Source: Candidatus Latescibacterota bacterium (lineage in GTDB: Bacteria; Latescibacterota; UBA2968; GCA-2709665). From it: 64,000 bases of DNA. The position numbers and the translations under genes are program-made. The notes under the pieces were generated by a model that was given only the letters and a program-made list of their open reading frames with translations, was not told where the DNA came from and made no database searches. Every line of letters begins with the position of its first letter. The stretch's first letter is position 1. This document shows, piece after piece, positions 40,035 through 48,490 of this stretch. Location: NCBI GenBank assembly GCA_965205485.1, contig OZ242180.1, forward strand, positions 4,608,001 to 4,672,000, given 5' to 3'.

Positions 40035-41270
40035 TCATGTCCTCCAGTAGGTGGATTCGGGAATGGGCATGTAGTTCACGTCGAGGTGCGGCGTCTGGAC
40101 GCGGGACTGGTCCTGATTCAGACTGTCCACGCCCGCAGCCACGAGTCCGGTGGTCAGCAGCGTCCGTTCGACGGGGTACGTGGCTATTCCGCTGAGGAAC
40201 ATCTTCTCTACGTTGTTGACCTGAGGCGAGAAGAAGTTCGCCAGCGTTGTGTACGCGGGCGGCATCGGCAGGTACATCTGCGTGGACAGGGGATTGTTCC
40301 TTCCCGGCAGGCGCGCGGCGAAATTGAAGTCCCGCACCACGCCATTGAGCAGAATCATGGTGGATATCAGGCCGTCGTTGTGTTCGTACCGGTAGGCAAT
40401 CGGATCATCGTCCAGCGACTTCATTTCATCCAGAGTCGGTAACACGTGACTGAACCCCGGACGCGGTTGCGCCAGCGTATGGCTGCGAGACAGACAGGCT
40501 TCGAACAGCTCCCGCGACCAAACCCGGCCATGATGGGCCTCCCAGAAGCGTTCGCCCCGGTACGTGTCGATCCAGCGGACGCCCGACTCGCCTCCGCAGC
40601 GCCGTTCGACCATGCACTGCAGCGTCTCCAGAGCGTGGAAATCGTAGCTGTCCACCCCGCCGTAACCGATGCACATGGCTTCGGTCACGCGGGCGCCCAG
40701 CGGCATATCGATGGAGGGTGTACGCCACGTCACAGGAAGCGACGAGCCCGCCATGAAGGCAAAACCCATCTCCCGAGAAATATCGTACATCTCCCGCGCC
40801 CATTCCCAGCGCCACGACAGATGCTTGTCATTGAAAACCGGCGCGCTCCTGCCCGAAGTGCGGTAAACGGCGGCGATCTGCTTGAACAACTCGTAACGTG
40901 GATAGAGGTGCTGACCCTTTTCATTGGTGCCGTACTCCCCGTGCTCGCCGACGAGCAGAACCCCGTCCACGGCCAGCTCAGGACCGCCCAGCGTCAGCGC
41001 GTCGGCGACCGTCGGAAAGATCGACAGGCCGGAAAAGCGGGCGGCCCGCTCCGCGCTCAGGTCGCCTTCGGGTCGCTGGTCCACGTACAGGGAGACCAGG
41101 TCCATCCGCGGGCGGTGGTGTCTGCCGTTCCAGCCGTAACCTTCGAGAAAGCGGTCGCAGATGTGCTGGGCATGGGAGTACTTGCGGTACTCGGTAACGA
41201 CGGCGGCGATCTTCGGTCGTTCGGCCAAGGTGTCGACGAGTCCTTGTGTGTCGCTTATGGAGGAGGTCAA
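40035..41270 (-). CDS. Conserved hypothetical protein, paralog A (possible Gfo/Idh/MocA-like fold)
   Basis: Same motif set as 38820..40034. Abuts it with no gap and overlaps the desaturase stop. Confidence 0.85.
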   Translation of the reverse strand: MTSSISDTQGLVDTLAERPKIAAVVTEYRKYSHAQHICDRFLEGYGWNGRHHRPRMDLVSLYVDQRPEGDLSAERAARFSGLSIFPTVADALTLGGPELAVDGVLLVGEHGEYGTNEKGQHLYPRYELFKQIAAVYRTSGRSAPVFNDKHLSWRWEWAREMYDISREMGFAFMAGSSLPVTWRTPSIDMPLGARVTEAMCIGYGGVDSYDFHALETLQCMVERRCGGESGVRWIDTYRGERFWEAHHGRVWSRELFEACLSRSHTLAQPRPGFSHVLPTLDEMKSLDDDPIAYRYEHNDGLISTMILLNGVVRDFNFAARLPGRNNPLSTQMYLPMPPAYTTLANFFSPQVNNVEKMFLSGIATYPVERTLLTTGLVAAGVDSLNQDQSRVQTPHLDVNYMPIPESTYWRT

Positions 41271-42298
41271 TCTGCGGGCTTCGGCTCGTAATCGTCCGCT
41301 CGCGCGGGCAGTTCAGCCGCAAACTGGTATCCGAAGTCCGCCTTCTGCCTCTTGAGAATGCCGATTATCTGCTTCCAGCAGGAGAAGAGGCCGACGGGAC
41401 ACCGGGGCATGTCCGCCAAGATCAACCTATGCAGCTTCCCCAGACGATAACAGGGAACCGCGGCGTACATGTGATGTTCGATATGGTAGTTCATGTGCCA
41501 ATAAAGAAAGCGGAACAGCGGGTTCAGAATGACCGTCCGGCTGTTCAACCGGAAGTCGGGCACATTGTCCTGAAGCCCCACGTGCTGCGTATTGTTGCAG
41601 AGGAAGAGCAGCCACCCGCCGTAGAAGGGAGCCAGCGTGACCAGCAGCGGAAGCATCCACAGGCCGAAATAGAGCGACACAACTGCGATTGCCGCGTGCC
41701 CCGCAAGCAGGATTCGGGCCCAGTTGAACAGGCGGCGCCGCAGCGCGGGTTCCGACTCGGGAAACAGCACGCGCTCCCAGGGACCCTCCAGCCGGCCCAG
41801 ACTCAGCCGGACCACGCCCTTCAGCCTGTTATAGAGACCCCATGGATTGACGACCGCGGCCTTGAGAAAGCTCCGGAGCGTTATTTCTACCGGCAGGACA
41901 ACCTCCATATCGTCGGGAGGATGAAGCGTGTACTGATGGTGCTTGGAGTGGCTGGTCCAGAAGAATACGGGATTGTACCAGCCCATGAAACTGAAGACCT
42001 TGAGAAACACCACGTTCAACCACCTCGATCTGAACACCGTGCCGTGGCAGAACTCATGAAACCCGTTCAACAAAAACGCGTACCCGGTACCGTGCAGAAA
42101 AAGAGCCAGGATCAGGAAGGGCGGCGCAAGATGTTCGGATGCAACCCATGCAAACACGCCTGTAAGCGTGAGCACGCCGAGGTGGCCCAGGGTCTGCAGG
42201 AACCCCAGCAAGTCGCTGCGCCGATTCAATGCGTTCAGCGTCTCACGGTCCAGCGGACAACGGTACCAGCTGATCTTCCGTTTACTCCTTGCGTCCAT
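41267..42298 (-). CDS. Membrane di-iron desaturase/oxygenase, MocD-like
   Basis: His boxes HEFCH, HSKHH and HIEHH; RLNSRTVxLNPxxRFLYWxMNYH stretch. Confidence 0.85.
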   Translation of the reverse strand: MDARSKRKISWYRCPLDRETLNALNRRSDLLGFLQTLGHLGVLTLTGVFAWVASEHLAPPFLILALFLHGTGYAFLLNGFHEFCHGTVFRSRWLNVVFLKVFSFMGWYNPVFFWTSHSKHHQYTLHPPDDMEVVLPVEITLRSFLKAAVVNPWGLYNRLKGVVRLSLGRLEGPWERVLFPESEPALRRRLFNWARILLAGHAAIAVVSLYFGLWMLPLLVTLAPFYGGWLLFLCNNTQHVGLQDNVPDFRLNSRTVILNPLFRFLYWHMNYHIEHHMYAAVPCYRLGKLHRLILADMPRCPVGLFSCWKQIIGILKRQKADFGYQFAAELPARADDYEPKPAD

Positions 42299-42349
42299 AA
42301 ATCCATCCCAGGTCGTCCCGGGAACGGCATCGCGCATTCCGCGACGAAG

Positions 42350-43318
42350 TCACCGTTTGCTTGCCGCCACGCCGTTCCGCAACACGCCGATTCCCGAAAT
42401 CTCGATTTCCACGCGGTCCCCCGGCTTCATGAAGGTCCCCGTGGTCGCGCCCACTCCGGAGATCGTTCCCGTGCTGATCAGGTCGCCGGGCTCGAGCGTG
42501 ATGATGGCCGATATATACTCAATGATCATATCGACAGGGTACAACATCTGCCCCGTGTTGTTGTTCTGCTTTCTCTCTCCGTTCACGTAGGTGCTGATCT
42601 CCAGCGACTGCGGATCCCCGATCTCGTCAGACGTCACGATCCACGGCCCCTGGGGCCCGAACGTATCCAGCCACTTTCCGTTCAGCCAGTCGAACCACTT
42701 GTCGCGTTCGCGGCTGTCGGTGCGCTCCTTGATAACCAGGTCCCGTTCCGACACGTCGTTCATGATGGTATATCCGGCCACGTATTTCAGCGCCTCTTCC
42801 GCCTTGACGGCTTTCGCCCTGCGACCCATCACGACGGCCAACTCCCCTTCCCAGTCGATCGACCTGGCAACGGGCGGAATCAGAATGCGGTCTCCGGGGC
42901 CGATCACGGTCGTAGAGGGCGGCTTCATGAATACACGGGGCGTTTCGCTGTCCTGGATTGCTATTTTACCCCCTCCTTCTTCAATGTGGTCCTGATAGTT
43001 GCCCGCGAGGCAGAACACCTTGCGGGGATTCTGCACGGGCGCCCTGAGCCGCACCTTGCCGATCGGGTGGCCGAGCCGCCCGTCCGGATCCCCGCCAAGC
43101 CGGCCCTCGGCGAACCGTGTTGCCTGTTTCGCCGCGCGTAGGCCGGCCCCGCCCGCATCGAGAAGCGCGAGCATATCGCCAAAGTATCCACGCGCGTCGC
43201 GACCCTGCTCGCCTGCCAGTTCTCCTTCCGCCGCCGCGAGATCCACGACGATTCCGCCATCCGCCGCCACGGACCCGACGTACCGTTCTCTTCCGATTCC
43301 ATACGTAACGAGCTTCAT
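42350..43318 (-). CDS. Fumarylacetoacetate hydrolase family protein
   Basis: KVFCLAGNY, FMKP, DWEGELAVV, NDVSERD, GPWI and GDLISTGT; AGGAGG RBS. Confidence 0.93.
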   Translation of the reverse strand: MKLVTYGIGRERYVGSVAADGGIVVDLAAAEGELAGEQGRDARGYFGDMLALLDAGGAGLRAAKQATRFAEGRLGGDPDGRLGHPIGKVRLRAPVQNPRKVFCLAGNYQDHIEEGGGKIAIQDSETPRVFMKPPSTTVIGPGDRILIPPVARSIDWEGELAVVMGRRAKAVKAEEALKYVAGYTIMNDVSERDLVIKERTDSRERDKWFDWLNGKWLDTFGPQGPWIVTSDEIGDPQSLEISTYVNGERKQNNNTGQMLYPVDMIIEYISAIITLEPGDLISTGTISGVGATTGTFMKPGDRVEIEISGIGVLRNGVAASKR

Positions 43319-43349
43319 TCCGCACCTCCTTTTTCCGATCAATTCACAA

Positions 43350-43430
43350 ACAGGAACTTACATGAATAAACAGGATGGACAGGACAAGGACCCAAAACCG
43401 ACCAGGATTTACAGGATCATGCAGGATTAG
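43350..43430. repeat. Short CAGGA(T)-periodic repeat tract
   Basis: caggatggacaggac...caggatttacaggatcatgcaggatt, with a period of about 9 nt. Confidence 0.55.
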
Positions 43431-43598
43431 ATACCAAGAACTGGGAAAAAGCCAAAAGCAGGACTAATGCCCGCTGTTCCGGGCCAAAGTGTCCCATACC
43501 GCAAATATACCGCCGTTCATCCGCCGGTTGATTCCGCCTCGCGTCGCTTTATGGATGGCTTGAGCATTTCCGGACGTGGTCATTGAGCATGCCTGCAT

Positions 43599-43733
43599 TG
43601 AGCTTGTCGAAATGTCGAAATGCCCGTGTTCAGCAACCCTCTGTCACACTTTGAATGGATGAGCGCCTGGATTCGGGTTCACTATCTGAAACTCTCGCGA
43701 CCACCCTTCGCCGACCCTTCGACAAGCTCAGGG
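43599..43733. repeat. Inverted pair of TTCGACAAGCTCA repeats
   Basis: TGAGCTTGTCGAA at 43599-43611 and CCCTTCGACAAGCTCAGGG at 43715-43733. Confidence 0.7.
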
Positions 43734-43835
43734 AGCGGCCAAGGGCTCATGCGGCTTGACGGATGAATGCATCCGCGGTCGAGCGCAGGCAGGTCCTCAT
43801 CGACCCTATGCCCGCTCGACAGCGGAGACACAGAG

Positions 43836-44699
43836 CTAATCCGTAGAAAACGACAGCGGAAACGTCGGCGCGTTTGCCTGGTGTTTCGTACGGTCGGCAA
43901 TCTCCATCCCGTGGTATTCCTCAATGAACTCCGCCAGATTCCTGCTGGCCTCTTCAAAGACGATCCTCCCCTTCTCCGCGGTGGCCTTCTCAGCCTCGCC
44001 CATCACGCCGCTGTCCGTATACTGGCTCGTCCACTCGATCAGACCCATCGCTCCCTTGGCGAACAGATCCGTCCAGACGAATTTCGACCCCAGCTTGTTC
44101 GTTTTGGCGATTTCGCTCCTGATCCGGTCCTTGCGCACGCTCTTCGGATCCAGGTAGAGCATCATCGACGTCTCCAGCTCGCCCGCATGGGCGCAGCCGC
44201 CGGGGAACACGCTCTCGCGCCATTCCTTGTCGAAGTCCGGATCCACCCTCAGCAACTCCCACCAGGAACAGAATACGCAACTGGCATCCGTCTCGACGAT
44301 CGTACGCCTGGCCACCATGTCGACAAGGTTGTGGTTGGATCCGTGGCCGTTAACCAGGATCATCTTCTTGAAACCATGATAGGCCAGACTCTTGCAAATA
44401 TCCAGCACATACTGGATAAAATGCTCGAAGTGGATGTTCAATGAACCCGGAAAGTCCATCACGTGGTGAACGTAACCGTAGCTGACCGGTGGCAACACCA
44501 GGCTGAGCTCCGGTTTTCGCCGCGCGGCCTCCGTCGCCACCGCGTCTGCACAGAGGTGATCCACCTTCAACGGCAGATGGTGCCCGTGCTGTTCCACGGA
44601 TCCTGTCGGGACAATGGGTATCTTCCCCATCGCGACCGCCTCGTTCACCTCCGGCCACGTCAACTCGTCGAACCGGTAAATCTCCTTTACTGATGACAT
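43836..44699 (-). CDS. Creatininase family amidohydrolase
   Basis: PTGSVEQHGHHLP..VD, NGHGSN, HAGELETS and GVMG. Confidence 0.93.
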   Translation of the reverse strand: MSSVKEIYRFDELTWPEVNEAVAMGKIPIVPTGSVEQHGHHLPLKVDHLCADAVATEAARRKPELSLVLPPVSYGYVHHVMDFPGSLNIHFEHFIQYVLDICKSLAYHGFKKMILVNGHGSNHNLVDMVARRTIVETDASCVFCSWWELLRVDPDFDKEWRESVFPGGCAHAGELETSMMLYLDPKSVRKDRIRSEIAKTNKLGSKFVWTDLFAKGAMGLIEWTSQYTDSGVMGEAEKATAEKGRIVFEEASRNLAEFIEEYHGMEIADRTKHQANAPTFPLSFSTD

Positions 44700-44715
44700 G
44701 CGAAGCCTCCGCCGT

Positions 44716-45495
44716 TCATCTGCCGATGATATACCTGTAGGGATCCACCTCTTCCCTGAGGATACGCAATTCCTCGTCGTCCGGCGGCGCCGTTTCACGC
44801 ACGTCAGACGCCTGCAACAACTCGAATCCGGTGTTTTCCTGAACCCTTTCGAACGTGACCCCCGGATGCAGACTCTCCACCCGCATGCGGCAGGTTTCGG
44901 GATCATACCCCATCATTGCCAGATCCGTGATCACCTTATGAGGGCCGCACCCGCCGGGCAACCCTGCCGCCTCCCGGGCGCCCGGGCCAGACAGAAAGCC
45001 CGGGGTCGTCAGGAAATCCAGTCGCTCCACGAACCGCCTTCGATCGTGTTGCGTCATCACCATCGTGCGCCAACACAGACTGGCGAAGTCGTTCCCGCCG
45101 CCGCTTCCCGGAAACCGTACCCTGGGGTGTGTGTAGTTGCCGATCACCGTTGAGTTGAGATTGCCGAAAGGATCGATCTGGGCGCCGCCCAGGAAAGCGT
45201 AGTCCATCATCCCCCGCTGGCACGCCTCCATGACGTCGCCCATGCTGGTCGCCATCTGCGCCCGGTAGAACGTCCTCGAATCCCCAACCGATATCGGCAT
45301 GGACGGCAACAGGGGCGCAAGCCCGCCCGCCTCGAACGCCACGAGCAATCGCGGCGCATGGCGTTTCTGCGCAAGCATCGCCGTTGCGCACGGCGCGCCG
45401 GTTCCAACGCCCACGGTGGCGCCGTCCTCCAGCATTCTGGATGCGGTGCAGATCGCCAGTTCGGTGGCGCTGTATTCAGGCATGCGCTGTTCCAT
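44716..45495 (-). CDS. Family I CoA-transferase subunit B (glutaconate/3-oxoadipate type)
   Basis: VGTGAP, FEAG (catalytic Glu), FLGGAQIDPFGNLNST and PGSGGGND. Confidence 0.9.
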   Translation of the reverse strand: MEQRMPEYSATELAICTASRMLEDGATVGVGTGAPCATAMLAQKRHAPRLLVAFEAGGLAPLLPSMPISVGDSRTFYRAQMATSMGDVMEACQRGMMDYAFLGGAQIDPFGNLNSTVIGNYTHPRVRFPGSGGGNDFASLCWRTMVMTQHDRRRFVERLDFLTTPGFLSGPGAREAAGLPGGCGPHKVITDLAMMGYDPETCRMRVESLHPGVTFERVQENTGFELLQASDVRETAPPDDEELRILREEVDPYRYIIGR

Positions 45496-45539
45496 TCCAC
45501 CTCGTCGCCGGGTTTCGCCGGAGCCTTCTTCCACCATAG

Positions 45540-45699
45540 CAGTCCGTTGATAAAGTCGCTCTGCAGGCGAGGCCGAGCCATTGTGGTCGAAGACAAGGCG
45601 CGCGACCGAGTCCCATCCTGCGATTCGGCGAGGAAGCGCAACGCAGTATTTCGACCGCAAGGGCCGGCCGTAGCCCGGATGGGCTTTTTCAACGGGCTG
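45540..45699. mobile_element. MITE-like element, 160 bp, between the CoA-transferase subunit genes
   Basis: Terminal inverted repeats CAGTCCGTTGATAAAGTC versus reverse complement CAGCCCGTTGAAAAAGCC; flanks ATAG and TTAG. Confidence 0.8.
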
Positions 45700-45712
45700 T
45701 TAGGGGCTATAA

Positions 45713-46705
45713 CTACGGATGCAACTCCATTCGCCGCAGTTCCTCCAGGCGTCCCGTGCCGCCACACAGGCGCACGTACTCCTCAAAACCGGCGACCCCA
45801 TAGATATGTTTCTCAAGAAAGGCCTCAAACCGCTCCTCATCCCGTTCGACATCCAGCCATTCCTGAAGGTGGTCCTCGTCCGAGAAATACTCACCCGCCA
45901 TGTTTCCCGGGTACGAACCGAACGGCACCTCGCAGACCGCGTCTACACAGAACGCGGGAATCACGGTGGCTTCCGGCGTCCGGCGGATCTCATCGGTGCT
46001 GACGAGTCTCTCCGTGGTAACGACCAGCCGTTTGGAGGCGCGCGCGAGGTCGAAGTCCGCAACGGCGATCCCGCGAATCCGGCAGTTTCCGCACGGATCG
46101 CTTTCATGCACGTGGATAAACGAAACGTCGGGATAGAGCGCGGGCACAGCCAGAAGCTTGCGCCCGGTAAATGGACAGGCGATCTCCCTTGCAGCGCTGC
46201 GCTCGAAGGTGTCCGTTCCCAGCAGGCTCCGCATCGGTAAAAACGGCACACCCGCGGCCGCCGCACGGAAACGCGCGGCCAGGGCATAGTTCGTCCACTC
46301 ACATACGGCGACTTCGCCGCACTCCATCATACGCCTTGCCTGCGGCGACAATCCCCTCGCTTCCAACCCGACGATATAGGCCGCATCCACCCGGGACAAC
46401 AGCTTGCGGCCGTTCCGGTTTCCCGCGGACAGGATTTCGAAATCGTGGGTCGTCGTATGACCGGCGAAACCCAAATTCTCCTTGCCCTGCCGCAGGATCT
46501 CGTGCATGCACGCGGTAGATATACGGTTGGCGCCGAATCCTCCGGACGCGACGTAGTCGCCGTCTTTCACGAATCGTGAAACCGCGTCAGGGACAGTCAT
46601 CACCTTGTCTTCGAAGGCCGCCCGTTTCTTCCGGAAGACCCGTCGGGCCGCCTCGGGATCGGGATCTGTAAACAACGGCCCTGATCCGGCCGCCAGATCA
46701 CCCAT
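45713..46705 (-). CDS. Family I CoA-transferase subunit A
   Basis: KVMT..DAVSRFVKDGD...GGF, RFRAAAAGVPFLP, VPALYPDV..IH and PFGSYP. Confidence 0.9.
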   Translation of the reverse strand: MGDLAAGSGPLFTDPDPEAARRVFRKKRAAFEDKVMTVPDAVSRFVKDGDYVASGGFGANRISTACMHEILRQGKENLGFAGHTTTHDFEILSAGNRNGRKLLSRVDAAYIVGLEARGLSPQARRMMECGEVAVCEWTNYALAARFRAAAAGVPFLPMRSLLGTDTFERSAAREIACPFTGRKLLAVPALYPDVSFIHVHESDPCGNCRIRGIAVADFDLARASKRLVVTTERLVSTDEIRRTPEATVIPAFCVDAVCEVPFGSYPGNMAGEYFSDEDHLQEWLDVERDEERFEAFLEKHIYGVAGFEEYVRLCGGTGRLEELRRMELHP

Positions 46706-47663
46706 TTTTTACGCCCTCTTCGGCTTCCAGGAGCTCCGTCAACTTAAGCAGGGTCCGGTCCCGGCGCCGTATGAACTGCCCGGGATCGCCGTCGGAATAG
46801 CGGTAAAACCCCGAGCCGGACTTCGCGCCGAGTTTCCCGGCCTCTACGAGCGCATGCAACGTCTCGGGCGCTTCCCGGTCCACGCTCAAGCTGGCGAACA
46901 GATAGCTGCTGATGGCCGTGAACACGTCCAGTCCGCCCAGGTCGGCGGTGCGCAACGGCCCCAGAAAACTGTAACGCAGCCCAGGGCCGGCCGTCATCGC
47001 GGTATCGATATCCTCGGCGGAAGCCACCCCTTCCTGAAGCAGGTGCAGCGCCTCCCGGACCACGGCGAATTGCAGGCGGTTGCCCACGAATCCGGGAATG
47101 TCACGCCTGACCATGATCGGTTTCTTGTTCAGACTCAGGGCGACAGCTTTCAGGTGTTCCGCCGTTTCGTTGGAGGTCGTGTCGGCGCGAATGACTTCCA
47201 CCAGGGGCATCAGATGCGGTGGGTTCCAGAAGTGCAACCCTCCCACACGGTCCGGACGACCGGTCGCACCGGCAATGGCGGTCACGGAAAGGCCGGACGT
47301 ATTGGTGGCCAGAACGGTCTCATCCGGGCAGAATCTGTCGAATTCCGCGAACAGCTCCTGCTTTAATAACAGATCTTCGGTCACCGCTTCCAGAAGAAAA
47401 TCCGATCCGTCACACGCTTCAGTCAGATCCGTTGTCGCGGCGACCCGTGCTATAGAGGCGTCGGCGTCTCGCGGGAGAAGCAGGCCCGCGTCAACCAGCG
47501 CCTCCTGACCCATCCGCAGGCGCGCGATTGCCTGATCCAGTAATGCATCGCTCAGGTCGACAAGGCGGACGTGACACCCTGCCCTGGCGAACATGCCTGC
47601 GATTCCGGAACCCATGGTTCCCGCCCCGATGACCGCGACCGCGGATATCCCGGGTGAATCCAT
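46698..47663 (-). CDS. 3-hydroxyacyl-CoA dehydrogenase family protein
   Basis: VIGAGTMGSGIA, EAVTE, ATNTS, HFWNP, PGFVGNRL and GKLGAKSGSGFY. Confidence 0.93.
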   Translation of the reverse strand: MDSPGISAVAVIGAGTMGSGIAGMFARAGCHVRLVDLSDALLDQAIARLRMGQEALVDAGLLLPRDADASIARVAATTDLTEACDGSDFLLEAVTEDLLLKQELFAEFDRFCPDETVLATNTSGLSVTAIAGATGRPDRVGGLHFWNPPHLMPLVEVIRADTTSNETAEHLKAVALSLNKKPIMVRRDIPGFVGNRLQFAVVREALHLLQEGVASAEDIDTAMTAGPGLRYSFLGPLRTADLGGLDVFTAISSYLFASLSVDREAPETLHALVEAGKLGAKSGSGFYRYSDGDPGQFIRRRDRTLLKLTELLEAEEGVKNG

Positions 47664-47719
47664 TCGTCCATCCGTTTCAAGGGAGTTCAGGCTTTTCGTG
47701 CACACACTCCGCCCGGCTT

Positions 47720-48487
47720 CTATACCGCGGTCCAGCCTCCATCCACCAGGAGCGTATGCCCCGTGATCAGGTCCGCGGCCGGACTCGCGAGGAAAACCAC
47801 GGCGCCCACGACGTCTTCGGGGCGGCCCACCCGACCCAGCGGTATCCGCTTCAGCAGATCCTTGCGGAGCGCCGGATCGTCGAATGTGGATTGCGTCAGG
47901 GGCGTCAGGATAAACGTGGGGCCAACGGCGTTTACGGTGATGCCGTGGGGCGCCCACTCGAGCGCAAGCACGCGGGTCAGATTCACCACACCGGCCTTGC
48001 TGGAACAGTAGGCCGCGCGCCGATAGTACCCGATCACGCCGTTCTGCGAGGCGATATTGACGATCTTGCCGCCTCCGGCGTTCACCATCCTGCGTCCTGC
48101 GCGCTGGGACATGAAGAACAGACCCTTCAGGTTCACGTCCATCACGGCGTCCCAGTCCGCTTCGTCGACCTCCAGCGCGTCTCTGGGTATATTCACGCCC
48201 GCGTTGTTCACCAGCACGTCAATCCGCCCCATCTCCGTCACGGCACTCTCAACCGCCAGTTCAATGCTCTTCAGGTCCGGCAGTCGAAGGGAAACGGGCA
48301 GCGCCCGCCGTTCCAGACGTTCGATTCCGTCGCAGACGTCCTCCAGGTCTTCGGTCCTCTCGGGCAACTCGCAAGGCACACAGTGCGCCCCGGCTTCGGC
48401 CACCGCCAGGGCCACGGCCCTGCCGATGCCGGAGCCGGCGCCCGTCACCATCACGACCTTGTCCTCCAGGCGCATGCTGGGCAACAC
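47720..48487 (-). CDS. Short-chain dehydrogenase/reductase (gluconate 5-dehydrogenase/KduD-like)
   Basis: TGAGSGIG, NNAG, YCSSK and VDGGW. Confidence 0.92.
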   Translation of the reverse strand: MLPSMRLEDKVVMVTGAGSGIGRAVALAVAEAGAHCVPCELPERTEDLEDVCDGIERLERRALPVSLRLPDLKSIELAVESAVTEMGRIDVLVNNAGVNIPRDALEVDEADWDAVMDVNLKGLFFMSQRAGRRMVNAGGGKIVNIASQNGVIGYYRRAAYCSSKAGVVNLTRVLALEWAPHGITVNAVGPTFILTPLTQSTFDDPALRKDLLKRIPLGRVGRPEDVVGAVVFLASPAADLITGHTLLVDGGWTAV

Positions 48488-48490
48488 GAT

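Noticed and set aside
36330..43733. Recurrent palindromic 19-mer as a CRISPR repeat
   Set aside because: The copies are isolated and kilobases apart, with no regular spacers and no cas genes.
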